Part shown: positions 11,508 to 23,774 of the stretch, piece by piece
Position numbering within the stretch: the stretch's first letter is position 1
Layout: each line of letters begins with the position of its first letter
Assembly (NCBI RefSeq): GCF_006345805.1
Contig: NC_043014.1
Coordinates: 12,028,001 to 12,092,000, forward strand
Direction: 5' to 3'
Source of the DNA: Octopus sinensis
Taxonomy: Eukaryota
DNA length: 64,000 bases
Position numbers and translations under genes: made by a program
Notes under the pieces: model-generated
Database searches by the model: none
Seen by the model: the letters and a program-made list of their open reading frames with translations, nothing else
Told to the model about the DNA's origin: nothing

Positions 11508-12748
11508 TACAAGGGTTGATCAATAAGTATTCGGACTGTTGTCATAATTCTTTTCTACTCTAGGCACAAGGCCTGAAATTTGGGGGGGGGAGGCCAGGCG
11601 ATTAGATCGACCCCAGTACGCAACAGGTACTTAATTTATCGACCTCGAAAGGGAGGGATGAAAGGCAAATTCGACCGCGGCGGAATTTGAACTCAAAACC
11701 TAAAAACAGACGAAATACCTATTTCTTTACTACCCACAAGGGGCTAAACACAGAGGGGACAAACAAGGAGAGACACGATGATTAAGTCGATTACATCGAC
11801 CCCAGTGCGTAACTGGTACTTAATTTATCGACCCAGAAAGGATGAAAGGCAAAGTTGACCTCGGCGGAATTTGAACTCTGAACGTAACGGCAGACGAAAT
11901 ACTGCTAAGCGTTTCGCCCGGCGTGCTAATGTTTCTGCCAGCTCGCCGCCTTATTGACTGTTGCCATAATTACGAAGCTAAAGCATGCAGAGTAAAGCTG
12001 CTTGGTACAGTTTGACTTTGATCTCTGTTACGCATATGCATTAAGTTTTAACGTTCTAGCTCACTTCTGCTGTTTACAGCAATGCTTGGAAGGAAGGGGT
12101 GTAGCGTGTGATCGTCGCATTGACCATGACAGAGAAAGTTGAGCAGAGAATCTGCGTCAAATTTTGCCAAAAGCTTAGCGATACCTGCTCAGAGGCCTTC
12201 GCAAAGTTTTCAAAAAGTTTTCATCGTTCTCGACACAATCAAGGAAATCTTGTGCAACTGAAACTAGGCATACATGCGTCTCATACACAAGTCTTCAGTG
12301 ATAATAGACTGAACTGAACCGTAACAAATCTGCGCATCCTCTAATTCTCACGGATGGTGACGATTTTCTGCGATGTTTTTCTCAGTTCTACTGGCTACGG
12401 GTCTCCTGGGATGTCCGTCAATATCGACATTTTTGGGCCATCTTGGAAACGTCTGAACCATTTGTACACTTGTGCGCGGCTCAAACACTCCTCTCCATAC
12501 ACTTTTTGCAGCTTTGCGTGGGCTTCTGAGCAGGTATCGTCATGACAACTTACTCTGTCATGGTCAATGCGACGATCATACGTTCTTTCCAACCATTACT
12601 GTAAACAGCGGAAGTGAGCTAGAACGTTAAAACTTAATGCGCACTCACAGCAGAGTTCAAGGTCAACTTATGCCAAGCGACTTTAGTCTGCGTGCTTTAG
12701 CTTCGTTACTATGACAACGGTCCGGATTCTTATTGATCAGCCCTGGTA
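11508..12748. mobile_element. Mariner-derived palindromic MITE made of two facing 5' ends
   Basis: TA-flanked TIRs tacaagggttgatcaataag / cttattgatcagccctggta; both arms carry a transposase N-terminus (EQRICVKFCQKL; VYGEECLSRAQVYKWFRRF). Confidence 0.85.
11550..11955 (-). mobile_element. Dimeric SINE B with a 16-bp TSD, inserted in the mariner TIR
   Basis: TSD gactgttgtcataatt (11534-11549) / gactgttgccataatt (11956-11971). Confidence 0.9.
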
Positions 12749-12992
12749 CATGCACACATGTCAATACGTGCACATATACACATGCACACGCACACGTGCA
12801 CAAATACCTATACCCTAAAGAGCCATGTTAACGGAGAGAACAACTACAAGTTCATGCACATACATATATGTACACACTAACGTCTCCACATATTTACAAA
12901 CCTGCCAGGAACAGTCTGAACTCAAAATCCCTTCAGTTTGCTTGTGACTGGCTTAAACTCCAGAAAAAAGAACTTAAATAAACCGAAGAGAA

Positions 12993-13050
<58 letters not shown>

Positions 13051-13646
13051 CGCACACATACATGCACATATGTACGCTTATGTTTGTATTTATGCATGCA
13101 TGTATGTACGTATGTATGTATGCAGCAATATGTACGAAGTGGCAGAGTCGTGAGATCGAGAGAAAAGTGTGTAATATTCATTCTGGCTTTGTACATTTCT
13201 GAGTTAAAATCCCACCGAGGTCAGCTTTGATTGTTATCCTTTTTTTTTTTTTCGATCGATAAAATAGTTAATGGAATCGGTCGAATCGATTAATCTCCCC
13301 CCAACAAATGTTTTGCCTTATGCTCAACACTGACTACGATATCGGATGAAGAACTCTTGAAAGATCAAAGCAATATTTCAGACAAATAAAATGTTTGCAC
13401 TGCGCAAAGAAATATTATAAGTATAAATATTTAAAAAACAAAAAAACACTCACCTTATGAATATTAAAAAAAACCTGTGTATGGGCATCTACTACATATT
13501 TCATTCCTAAACATCGGTTAGGCACACATATATTTGATATTTATTTTCTTGAGAACTCTGTTCGCTCAATACCTTCGATAATACTTTTTCTATCAGTAGC
13601 CCTAATCTATCAATCAATCTATGTATCTATCTACCTATCAATCTTT

Positions 13647-13705
<59 letters not shown>

Positions 13706-14673
13706 CCAATCTATCTATTTATCTAACTATCTATATGTGTGTGTGTATTCCAACTTCATTCCAGCAATCCTTTTCTCACTACAATACAACGAACTTCAAA
13801 TTATATACCAGAATGATCACTCCTTATATATTTAAATCTCTTACAACCATTTCTTGTTTGTTTTGTTTTGTTTGGGGTTCTTGTTTTTGTTTTGATTTCA
13901 TTTTTTTTTACCCTTAAGTTCCTCAGCTTCTCTGTAGGCATATAGCACTCAGGTTCGAGGAATTGTTTATACAACTAAAAAGTGTACTGCTTTTAAATAC
14001 AATCGGAATGCTTCTGCATAAAATGTAATTAGCTCTTTTGTATCTTGAAGTACAAACATTACAAGTCAGTGCTATATTAAAAAGACTGGTAAAAATTTCG
14101 CATAAGAAGTATTCTTTACTTGATAATTTTCAATACAATAACGGAATATATATATATATAGATAGACAGACAGACAGACAGACAGATGGACGGACGGACG
14201 GACGGATGGATGGACTTATGCTTATTCGGCTCCCTAGTCTGCAAGGCTGGAGCTTCTATCCGTAATACAGCTACATTAGATGCAGGGCAGTTTTTTGACA
14301 CATTTATAAATAACATTTTTAAAAAGCACGTCATATCCCCCGACAAATACGTTAATTTATACAAAACAGTCTTAGCCATTAATGTTTAAATATATGCATG
14401 TGTCCCTGTTAAGAATTATGTCAATCCACAATTAATATCCAATTTGTGTATATAACTTGAACTTACAAAACCTGCGTAATACATCATACAACATATACTT
14501 AACACTGTATTAGAATCTATATCTAAGTTTTATTCTAAAATTTTAGCCGTAATTTTACACGTTGCTAAGCCAAATTCGTTTACAAAATGAAACATTCTCA
14601 TGTAGTCAGTGGCTAACCACCTCCATCATGTGAAATTCTGTCAACTTTTCAATGTAATAATTTAAGTTGTCGT

Positions 14674-14922
14674 GACCCGACTTTTCGTCCGATGCCACTT
14701 TGTCGAACGTCATTTGGTCTGAAGTCTTTTTGTCCGATGATTTTTTTTGTCCAACGACTTTTTATCCAATCATAAAAAGTCTTTAGAAAACAAGGTGAAC
14801 ATCAAAGTCAAATAATCATTGAGAATTTTATTGATGGGATTTGTTGGACAAAAAAAATTCATTGGACAAAAAGACGTCGGACGAGAAGACCTGGACGAAA
14901 AGATGTCGGACGAGAAGACAGC
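14674..14922. mobile_element. MITE-like element with inverted arrays of ~15-bp subrepeats
   Basis: Left units cttttcgtccgatg; right units gtcggacgaRaag. Confidence 0.65.
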
Positions 14923-14981
14923 GCCATAAGTTATATCTCTCTGACGATTTAACAATAAGTTTTGGCTATATAATTTGCATT

Positions 14982-15287
14982 CCTTCTTTCCCCCTTTTCA
15001 AGCCTAGCCAGGTTCATGTGCCCGGTTTCCCGGTTTCTGTGGCGTATGTGTCCCTCCCCCCAGCTGGACGGGACGCCGCCAGTCCATCGCAGCGTTACTC
15101 AAGAAAGAGTGAGAGAAAGTTGGGACGAAAGAGTACAACAGGGGTCGCCACCACCCCCTGCCGGAGCATCGTGGAGCTTTAGGTGCTTTCGCTCAATAAA
15201 CACACACAACGCCCGGTCTGGGAATCGAAACGGCGATCCTCCGACCGCGAGTCCGCTGCCCTAACCATTGGGCCATTGCGCCTCCAC
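14982..15287 (-). mobile_element. Third tRNA-head SINE family with a 12-bp TSD
   Basis: Minus strand tggcccaatggttagg...gtttcgattcc; body gcgatggactggcggcgtcccgtccag resembles the V-SINE domain as recalled; TSD ataatttgcatt at 14970-14981 and 15288-15299. Confidence 0.75.
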
Positions 15288-15712
15288 ATAATTTGCATTA
15301 TGTAAGTAATAATCATGTTATGTTAATGAATGTACGTAAGATGATGTAACTAAATATCTTATAAACAATCTCTCATGCTTTGTTTTATTTTCTATATATA
15401 CTCAATGTAATACTGAATCTTAAATTTCATTATATAAAGGATACAATTACAACACAAATACGGAAATATAATAGGGAGTTCTAAATATTGGTTGTCAGGT
15501 TTAAATAACACTGAAACATTGAGCGAATGTATATATGTGAGTGCATATTTGTGCGCGTGTGTGTATAAAGAGATATATGGGTATATGTATATATAACAAT
15601 TACAATGAATACGGAGACTAGTATTATATCTACAACCAGTTGAATTCAATTGCTAGTATTCTATGTAGCAGAAACGTGAGGCGGACAATTTTTAACCAAA
15701 TATTTTTCTGTA

Positions 15713-16245
15713 CTAGCAGTATCGCCCGACGTTGCTCAGGTTTGTTTCGACCCTTTAGAATTGGAATTTTTGAAATGTAAAAGTTTTGCATTATGTAGCT
15801 AGTTATTCTCTTTAAGTGAACATTTTTCTGGTTGAAATACACTGAAAAATGGCGACACAGCAGTCAAAAAATCGTAAAAAATAGGGATTTTCATAGAAAA
15901 AAACCCCACCTTTTTTATGTAAATAATTTTTGGTGTTAACATGGTCCGATTTTTTTTTTTTTTTTTTCCTACGGAAGGAAGAGCAAGCCTTCTTCTATCA
16001 TACTCTCAATTTTGGTCAACTTGTGCCGCAGGGTCTCGGAGGAGATAGTGTTAGTTGAAGGCTACCAAACCTGCCATACACAGTGCCTAACCACCTCCAT
16101 GATGTGAAATTCTGTCAACTTTTCAATGCAATAATTTAGTTTATCGTGACCCGACTTTTCGTCCGATGTCACGTCTAACGTCTTTTGGTCCGAAGTCTTT
16201 TTGTCCGATGATTTATAAAACTTCAGCTTTATATATAGAGAGAGA
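15713..16245 (-). mobile_element. Non-autonomous Helitron-like element carrying a ~130-bp insert
   Basis: TC...CTAG ends; colinear with 40213-40604 except 16087-16214, which duplicates 14613-14743. Confidence 0.75.
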
Positions 16246-16487
16246 TTACGGAGTGGAGAAATAAAAAAATGCGGATGTACAAATCTCTGTATTTATTTGT
16301 CTTTGATACAAACTCAACAAAATATTCATAATCTGGCGAAGCGAACCCAGAATTGCTCATAGGAAGAATTAGAATGGGATTACTCATCATAAGTAATCTA
16401 AGGTGTTCCTTATAGGTTGATGCGGTTAGCCTGAACCTGGATTATATGTGAATGCGCATAAGGTACCCGACTGGATAATTTATCTGT

Positions 16488-16610
16488 CTATTCATCATAT
16501 ATATGTGTGTGTGTGTATATATGTGTGTGTATATATATATGTATATGTATATATACATATGTATATATATATGTATATATATATAAATACACATGTATGC
16601 ATATATATAT

Positions 16611-16678
<68 letters not shown>

Positions 16679-16721
16679 ATGTATATATATGTATGTGCAT
16701 ATATATTATATACACACACAT

Positions 16722-16756
<35 letters not shown>

Positions 16757-16969
16757 CTCACACACGCACACACATATATAGATATATGTATATATGTATA
16801 TATATATGTATATATAAATATACATGTATGCATATGTATGGATATATATATGTGTATATATATGTATGTGCATTTATATTACATATATATGCATATATAT
16901 GTACGTATATATATATACTCACACACGCATACACGCATATATATATGTGTATTTATATATATGTATATC

Positions 16970-17001
<32 letters not shown>

Positions 17002-17066
17002 GTATATATACATATGCATATATATATGTATATATATATAAATATACATGTATGCATATATATATG

Positions 17067-17110
<44 letters not shown>
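16488..17110. repeat. Compound (TA)n/(TG)n/(CA)n tract with an internally repeated ~230-bp block
   Basis: ataaataYacatgtatgcata recurs at ~16582, 16815 and 17039. Confidence 0.85.
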
Positions 17111-17116
<6 letters not shown>

Positions 17117-17139
17117 TGCGTGTATCTGCGCACCATGAC

Positions 17140-17608
17140 TCTTCATCGGCACAGGATAACCGTTGTCTAGAGATGGCACCACTGGACCTTGTTCCTGGGA
17201 CTAAAAAAGGTAATAACATCGTCCCAACCAGGACTGCCAATTACTTTGGCAAATAGATCTTACTCTGTAGTTATGTTACTACTTACTACTCGCTCAGAAA
17301 TTTAAAACTAAATGTTTTCCTCTTTAAAAGATCTGTGATTGGGTGTCACTTTAAAAGTATATACCTCGAACAAAGCCTAGTGTTGCCATCTCTAGCCAAC
17401 GGTTATCTTGTGCCGATGAAGAGAAATAACCTAGGAGTCGTGATTCGCAGGTACGGCTTAAGGTTGAGTGGGGACATTAGCTCACTTGTTTGAGGTATAA
17501 GGACGCAGTTGTACGTCGGTAGCCAGCTGGAAAAGATGTTTTCCTAGGACTAAAAAAGGTAGAAACATCGTCCTAATCAGGACTGCCAATTCACGTTGGC
17601 AAATAGAT
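17140..17608. mobile_element. pLTR-like unit with a 47-bp inverted repeat and a ~66-bp direct repeat
   Basis: IR 17140-17186 / ~17377-17423; DR ~17193-17258 / ~17542-17608 containing gaaacatcgtc, a decayed HHR 3' half. Confidence 0.6.
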
Positions 17609-17613
17609 TTTGA

Positions 17614-17648
<35 letters not shown>

Positions 17649-17649
17649 C

Positions 17650-18015
17650 AATAATAATAAGGAGTAAAATTAATTAACCAATTAATAATTTTACCAAGTA
17701 GTTCGATACTGGTAAAGAACCATTATCGGTAAACTTAGACAAAAATTCTATAATTACGAGCATAATTATAATTAGGGTTCAGCAAAATTTGCTTCACTAC
17801 ATACCGAAATTTAGAAATAGCAGTTAAAATACTATTCTACTACCATAAGATATCTCCCTGACAACAATACTCTACAACTCACACAAGTAAAGAGAAAAAA
17901 ATAACGAATCCACCCGGCTTTGATTAACTGTATACGCGTTTCGGAGTTAAAGAGATGTAAAAAGATGTAAAATCATATTTCTACTCACTTATTCCCTTCA
18001 TCAGTACAGTATTTC
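17650..18015 (-). mobile_element. pLTR/retrozyme-like short element abutting (TA)n
   Basis: HHR at its 5' end; ~280-nt AT-rich tail ends at a (TA)n tract; tail end shared with 9540-9600. Confidence 0.65.
17927..18010 (-). ncRNA. Type I hammerhead ribozyme
   Basis: Minus strand: ACTGTA-CTGATGA-a-ggga...ctcc-GAAAC gc GTA-TACAGT; 6-bp stem I; palindromic stem III acgcgt. Confidence 0.85.
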
Positions 18016-18315
18016 AAGTTTTAAATTTGAGAGCACTGATAATTAGCATACGTACTCGACCAAGCGTCATCGAATAGTATATATCCAAAAACCAGTACTT
18101 CCGAATTCAAACAGACGAATGAGATCTCGCATATGTGTGTGTATGTGTGTGTGTGTAGGAGACACTTGTCCAAGGTGCCACGCAGTGGGACTGAACCCGG
18201 AACCATGTGGTTGGTAAGCAAGCTACTTATCACACAGCCACTCCTACACCTGTATATATGTGTGTATGTGTGTGTGTGTGTGTGTGTGTGTATGCATGTG
18301 TAGATATATATAAAA

Positions 18316-18353
<38 letters not shown>

Positions 18354-18529
18354 TGTATGTGTTGTGTGTGTGTGTGTACCAGAAGACTGTTTTTGTCTTA
18401 TACACACCAACTGATAACTGAAATTCTATTTACTGTTCTGTCTATTTCAACACTTTACTCCGTTTTCTGTATCCGTTTCATGTTATCCTCGGCTAACGTA
18501 TATCTATAATCTTTCTAGCTAACACTCGC

Positions 18530-19410
18530 TCGTTCACCTCTACTCTCCTCCCCGTTACCATTCACCACTCGCCACCAGTCACAAATCTTACCCACCGCCA
18601 TTAACCGTTCACTACCCACCCAGTAACCAGTCACTCGGCATCTGTCGTTAACTATCAACCATCCATCAATCGCTGCCCACCGTCGACCAACCACACAACA
18701 TTCACTATCCAGCTTTCATCATTCCCATTCATCAGTTACAAGTCAACACACATTGTCCACCAACAATCATCCATCCCTATCTACTATCTACTCGCCATCC
18801 GCCATCCACCTTCGATCATCGCCATTCACCACTCATCACTCAATACCATCACTTATCACCCATCACTCATCACCTACCATTCAACGCCCCCCACTCAACA
18901 TTCACCATCCACCCATCACTCACCACTCACTGCCCATCATCCACCTTCTATCATCACCACACACCGCTCATCACTCACTACCCATCATTTACTACACATC
19001 ATTTACCACTCATCATTCACCACTCACCGCATACCATCCACCACTCACCACCAATGCATTAACTACCATCCACTAATCTCTCACTACCTATTACCACTCA
19101 CTGGTCACCATCTTTCATCTTACATCACTCAAACCTATCACTTCATTATCCACCAACCGATCACTCACCACCTATCCATTACTTACTACCCACCCATAAA
19201 CCCATCACTCACTACCCACCATTCACTACTCATCATTCACCACTCACTACTTATCACTCATCATCCACCTACCATTAACACTTACCGCTCATCATTCATT
19301 TCATCAATCACTACATTTCACTTATCACACATCATCCACCACTCATCACCAACTCATCACACATCACTCACAACCCACCCATCACTCACCACTCACCATC
19401 AATCAACTAC
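18530..19410. repeat. Degenerate C/A-rich low-complexity array (cactcaccatc-like), nearly G-free on +
   Basis: Read directly from the sequence. Confidence 0.85.
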
Positions 19411-19414
19411 CAAG

Positions 19415-19640
19415 TAAACGAAGCTGTGTCGCTGCCATGTTGATCCCAAGTAGCGCTGAGAAAGGATGTTTTCTTCCAGAAGTTTGCTCTCGCAGTTAAG
19501 ATTTTGTTGGTTGAAGGAAGACATGTTATAGGTCTGTAGTTTTAAGGATTTGTGGTTTCTAATGATTGGGAGACTCAGATGACTTCCGTTCTGTGAGCCA
19601 GTAAATTGCTGTCTCTGACCCTGTCAATATTACGTTAAAC
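19415..19640 (-). pseudogene. R4/Dong-type LINE RT fragment
   Basis: Minus strand aactacagacctataacatgtcttccttcaaccaacaaaatcttaactgcg = NYRPITCLPSTNKILTA. Confidence 0.65.
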
Positions 19641-19886
19641 TTCTATGCTCGCACAAAACGTTTTTTGTTATATATTTTAACCAAAAGTTAGGTACCTCGT
19701 CATGTCTGGGTCCCTTACAGTTGTTCGTTTTTCAGTGTACCTGGGTTACTTCTGTTGTTATGAACACCCGCGATTGTTCCGATGTTGTCTTCATTGTTTT
19801 GACTAGTCTTTTCCATGGTGACACTTCCACAATATAACAAAGAAAAGCCGTTAGAAAACCGATTATAGCAACGACTCCATCTAAGA

Positions 19887-19924
19887 ATATCTGAAGAAGG
19901 AATATTATTCCGAAATATCATATC
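19887..19924 (+). ncRNA. Minimal hammerhead-like motif
   Basis: atat-CTGAAGA-a-GGAAT att ATTCC-GAAAT ATC-atat; 5-bp stem II; loopless palindromic stem III atat; inside a pLTR-like remnant ~19660-20130. Confidence 0.6.
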
Positions 19925-20161
19925 AGACTATGGATGACTAAATTACCACAGGCATATAGCCCATTGTCTGCATTGTTGTACCATTCAAAATTTTTTATTC
20001 TTTACAAACAATACACAATGATTCAAGCGAACTACAATACTCTCCAATTTTTTTTGTTTTGTTTTGTTTTCGATGCCCATACTCCTGTGTCCATTATAAC
20101 CTTCGAACACAGGTTCGTATGTTACATAGCTAGCTAGAAGCGATGGCTTCTTGGAGCTAAT

Positions 20162-20267
20162 CAACGGCAGCATTCGTCCTATATTTCTGGGCTACCATAT
20201 TAGCTTGGCGATAACTATTAATATCCAGCACCGCTGCTGTAGTCTCCTTTAGAAAGACTTAGAAATT
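20162..20267 (+). repeat. 106-bp direct duplication, copy 1
   Basis: Differs from 21654-21759 at three positions. Confidence 0.9.
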
Positions 20268-20402
20268 ATATACATATTTGTGTGTGTGTGTGTGTGTATG
20301 TATGTATTTATATGTGTATATATATGTATATATGCAAATATGTATATATATACATATATGCGTGTGTGTGTTTGAGTGTATGCATGCATATATATGTATA
20401 TG

Positions 20403-20477
<75 letters not shown>

Positions 20478-20613
20478 CATGTATGTGTGTATATATGTAT
20501 AAATGTATGTATAAATGTATACATACACTCACGCTCACATACATATATGTTAGCAGATACACATATAAAAGATAGTCAGGGAGAGGCGGAGAGAGACAGA
20601 GACAGAGAAAGAG

Positions 20614-20656
<43 letters not shown>

Positions 20657-21429
20657 AGAGAGACAAAGGTGGGAAAATGGATAGATGTCACTATAAACGG
20701 GACGAATAAAGATATCAGTTGTGTTACGTTTCAATTATCAAACAAAACACTGAAACAAATAAAAAAAAAGTATTAAAAAAACCCCTTTTTTGATGGAACA
20801 TTTCAGCGGTTGAAGAAAGTCCACATAAACTTAATTAGTAGGACGAACAGTAGTGCTTTCAACACATGATATCTCAAAAGGGAGACTGGCAGCCCCTGCC
20901 TACACGCATCAAGTACATGATCGCCGCCTGTCCGTTTCTCTGTATGCGGGCATGTATTTGCGTTCGCGTGTATATATATAATATATATATATATATAGAT
21001 TATATATGCATGAATGTTTGTGTGTGTGTGTGCGTCTATATATGTATATACAAACCATGCATATATATATATATATATAAATATATATATATATAGGTGT
21101 GTGTGTGTATGTATGTATGTATGTATGTATATATTATATATATATTATATATTATATATATATATATATATACATAATCTTTTACTGTGTATCTTTCATT
21201 TATTTCAGTCATTGGACTGCGGCCATACTGGAGCACCGCCTTGGTTCTTATTCTACCAGACTCTTTTGACGAGTTGCTAAGTTACGGTGGCGTAAACAAA
21301 CCAACACCGATTGGCAAAATTTTTACCATTTAAACAAACAATTTCACTTCTGCAAGAAAAAATAATTATTCTTTTCGTTGTGACTTCTTTGTTTAACCTC
21401 AAACTCTAATTCTAGGAGTTTAGAGCTAA

Positions 21430-21610
21430 ATCAAACCCGAACGCTAACCTTGAGCCCTAACCCCTGACCACTACACTAATGCTAAGCACTATTCCAATCC
21501 CTAATTATAAACGCTAACTATAACCCCAAATCTTAATTTTAACTCTAAGCCCTAACGCTATTCCTAAATCCTAGATTTGACTGGAACACCTAACCTTAAA
21601 CTGCTAACAT
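21430..21610 (+). repeat. Degenerate CCCTAA-like array
   Basis: gctaaccttgagccctaacccctga...ccctaattataaacgctaactataacc...gccctaacgcta. Confidence 0.5.
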
Positions 21611-21653
21611 CAATTTTCCCTGGCAAAATCGTAATCTTCAATATCTCATCTTA

Positions 21654-21759
21654 CAACGGCAGCATTCGTCCTATATTTCTGGACTGCCATATTAGCTTGG
21701 CGATAACTATTAATATCCAGCACCGCTGCTGTAGTCTCCTCTAGAAAGACTTAGAAATT
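21654..21759 (+). repeat. 106-bp direct duplication, copy 2
   Basis: Differs from 20162-20267 at three positions. Confidence 0.9.
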
Positions 21760-22089
21760 TTAATATACGTGTGTGTGTGTGTGTGTGTGTGTTGTGTGTG
21801 TGTGTGTGTGTGTGTGTGAAAAACTGATGTTGAAAAGCATTTTATTAACAGAATTATAATTTCCAGTGTTTAAACGACAGAATTCTGAAGAAAATTTCAG
21901 AATGAAATGTAAAAAGTATTTTTTTAAAATCAAGAGAATGAACTATAGCTGTGGGATAACAATTTACTCAGAGTTGACGCCCTGTGACCTCAAGACGACT
22001 TCGGAACCTGTCTTTCGAGTTCCTTACTGTGTCCTTGGGAAGATATACGAACACCTCCATAATTTATCCCCCCCACCCTGCTCGGCCTT

Positions 22090-22430
22090 GGTGTTGCAGG
22101 CAAAGTGATTGATGTCTTTCTCAACCGCGCCACATACAGTAATCCATGAGATTGCAATCGGGGGAATTAGGAGTTAAGAAATTGGGGCTGATGAAGTCAC
22201 AAAATGTCCCTACAATCACTTCTGACTCTTTCCGAGGGGTAAGGCAAGAAGCCGAGTCCTACTTGGACTTCCAGCAGCAACCCTCGCCAGCCAGATATTG
22301 ACCAAAGTCTTCAGCGGCTTCACATAGATGTCTGAGTTGAGTCTAAGGCCTTGCTCAAAGATGTGGGGCGAATACAAGCGTCCGGACGCAGTTAGAACGG
22401 CTGCTATGCCGCTTCCTGCTGGTCATGGTT
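22090..22430 (-). pseudogene. Tc1/mariner-superfamily transposase C-terminal remnant
   Basis: Minus strand reads PHIFEQGLRLNSDIYVK...PNSPDCNLMDY...VEKD, a decayed SPDxNPxD motif. Confidence 0.6.
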
Positions 22431-22676
22431 TCATAAACTCAACTGCAGCTCAACAGAATCAGAGAGTCTGCATACATTCAAAAATAAGGTATGACGGTTG
22501 AACATCTCCATAAAAACATCAACACAGTCTAAGAACAACAGGCTTGATATAGTTGTATGGAGAAGGGAGCAAAAGTAATTTTTCACTGTAGAGATCATCC
22601 ACTCTGCAGATGCGAATTTCTCTTAAAAAACTGGAGAAAAGCATAACATTTATGACAAACTGATTAGAAACTACAG

Positions 22677-23284
22677 TACGAAGGGATGCTGAAGAGTTCC
22701 TGGTTTTAGGCAAAGGAAAATACAGGAGAATCAGTTAATTATGATTTTCTTCAACATATGCGCAGGAGTGGCTGTGTAAAAAGAAGCTTGCTTACCAACC
22801 ACATGGTTCCGGGTTCAGTCCCTCTCCGTGGCACCTCGGGAAAGTGTTTTCTACTATAGAGTGGATTTGGTAGGCGGAAATTGAAAAAAGCCCATCGTAT
22901 ATATATGTGTGTGTGTTTGTGTGTTTGTGTTTGTCCCCCAACTCACCCAACAATGCTTGACAGCCGATGCTGGTGTGTTTACGTCCCCATAACTTAGCAG
23001 TTCGACAAAAGAAACTGATAGAATAAGTACTAGGCTTACAAAGAATAAGTCATGGGGTCGATTTGCTCGACTAAAGGTGGTGCTCCAGCATGGTGGTCGC
23101 AGTCAAATGACTGAAACAAGTAAAAGAGTAAAAGAGAAAATAGTATTCCCCGCTCAGATTCACACACTTATTGCAGCGGTCATTCAGTTTCTCTAATGTC
23201 TATAAAAGAACTCAGAATGTGAGGCCTCCCACCCGGCCTTTTGCTGTACCCTTAAAGACAGGAACTTTCCAGTAGCCCTTCATA
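22677..23284. mobile_element. Mariner-type MITE containing a SINE A
   Basis: TIRs tacgaagggatgctgaagagttcctg / caggaactttccagtagcccttcata. Confidence 0.7.
22760..23136 (+). mobile_element. SINE A, full length
   Basis: Family A head, internal TA/TG tract and tail. Confidence 0.85.
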
Positions 23285-23774
23285 TTCGGACTATTGTTCC
23301 TATTATCATAGGCGCATTAGCAATTGATCTGCATAGAAGCATAGAATGCTTGGGTTCTACAAAAACAACAGAACAGCCTCAGATTCGTATAACTCAAATA
23401 AAATCCATCAGCTGAACGGTGAAATTTCGTAAAACATTTCAGGGATTCGCCATTTGAGGTGCACACAATCACATACGTATATATGGAATACATATGAATG
23501 CACACATATAAGCAGTAATTAAACATACAGTTTGTATGACACGTACACTGACGAGTACAAGTTTATCCAGACGCACACATTTATGTATGCATCAAGCCAT
23601 TCAAGTATGCACAAACACCAAGAGAGGGCTTGACGTAAACAAAAGCACCGTGCTACGTTATTAGTGAGCGGCTTGAATGCTGCTCAAAGGGAAAAGGGAA
23701 AAAGGAAGAAAAGGACAATTAAAATAAATCCATCTCCAAGTATAACAAACAAGAATAACAACATACACACATTT

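Noticed and set aside
20165-20215. Hydrophobic peptide TAAFVLYFWATILAWR in the duplicated segment
   Set aside because: In-frame stops just upstream in both copies and no convincing splice acceptor
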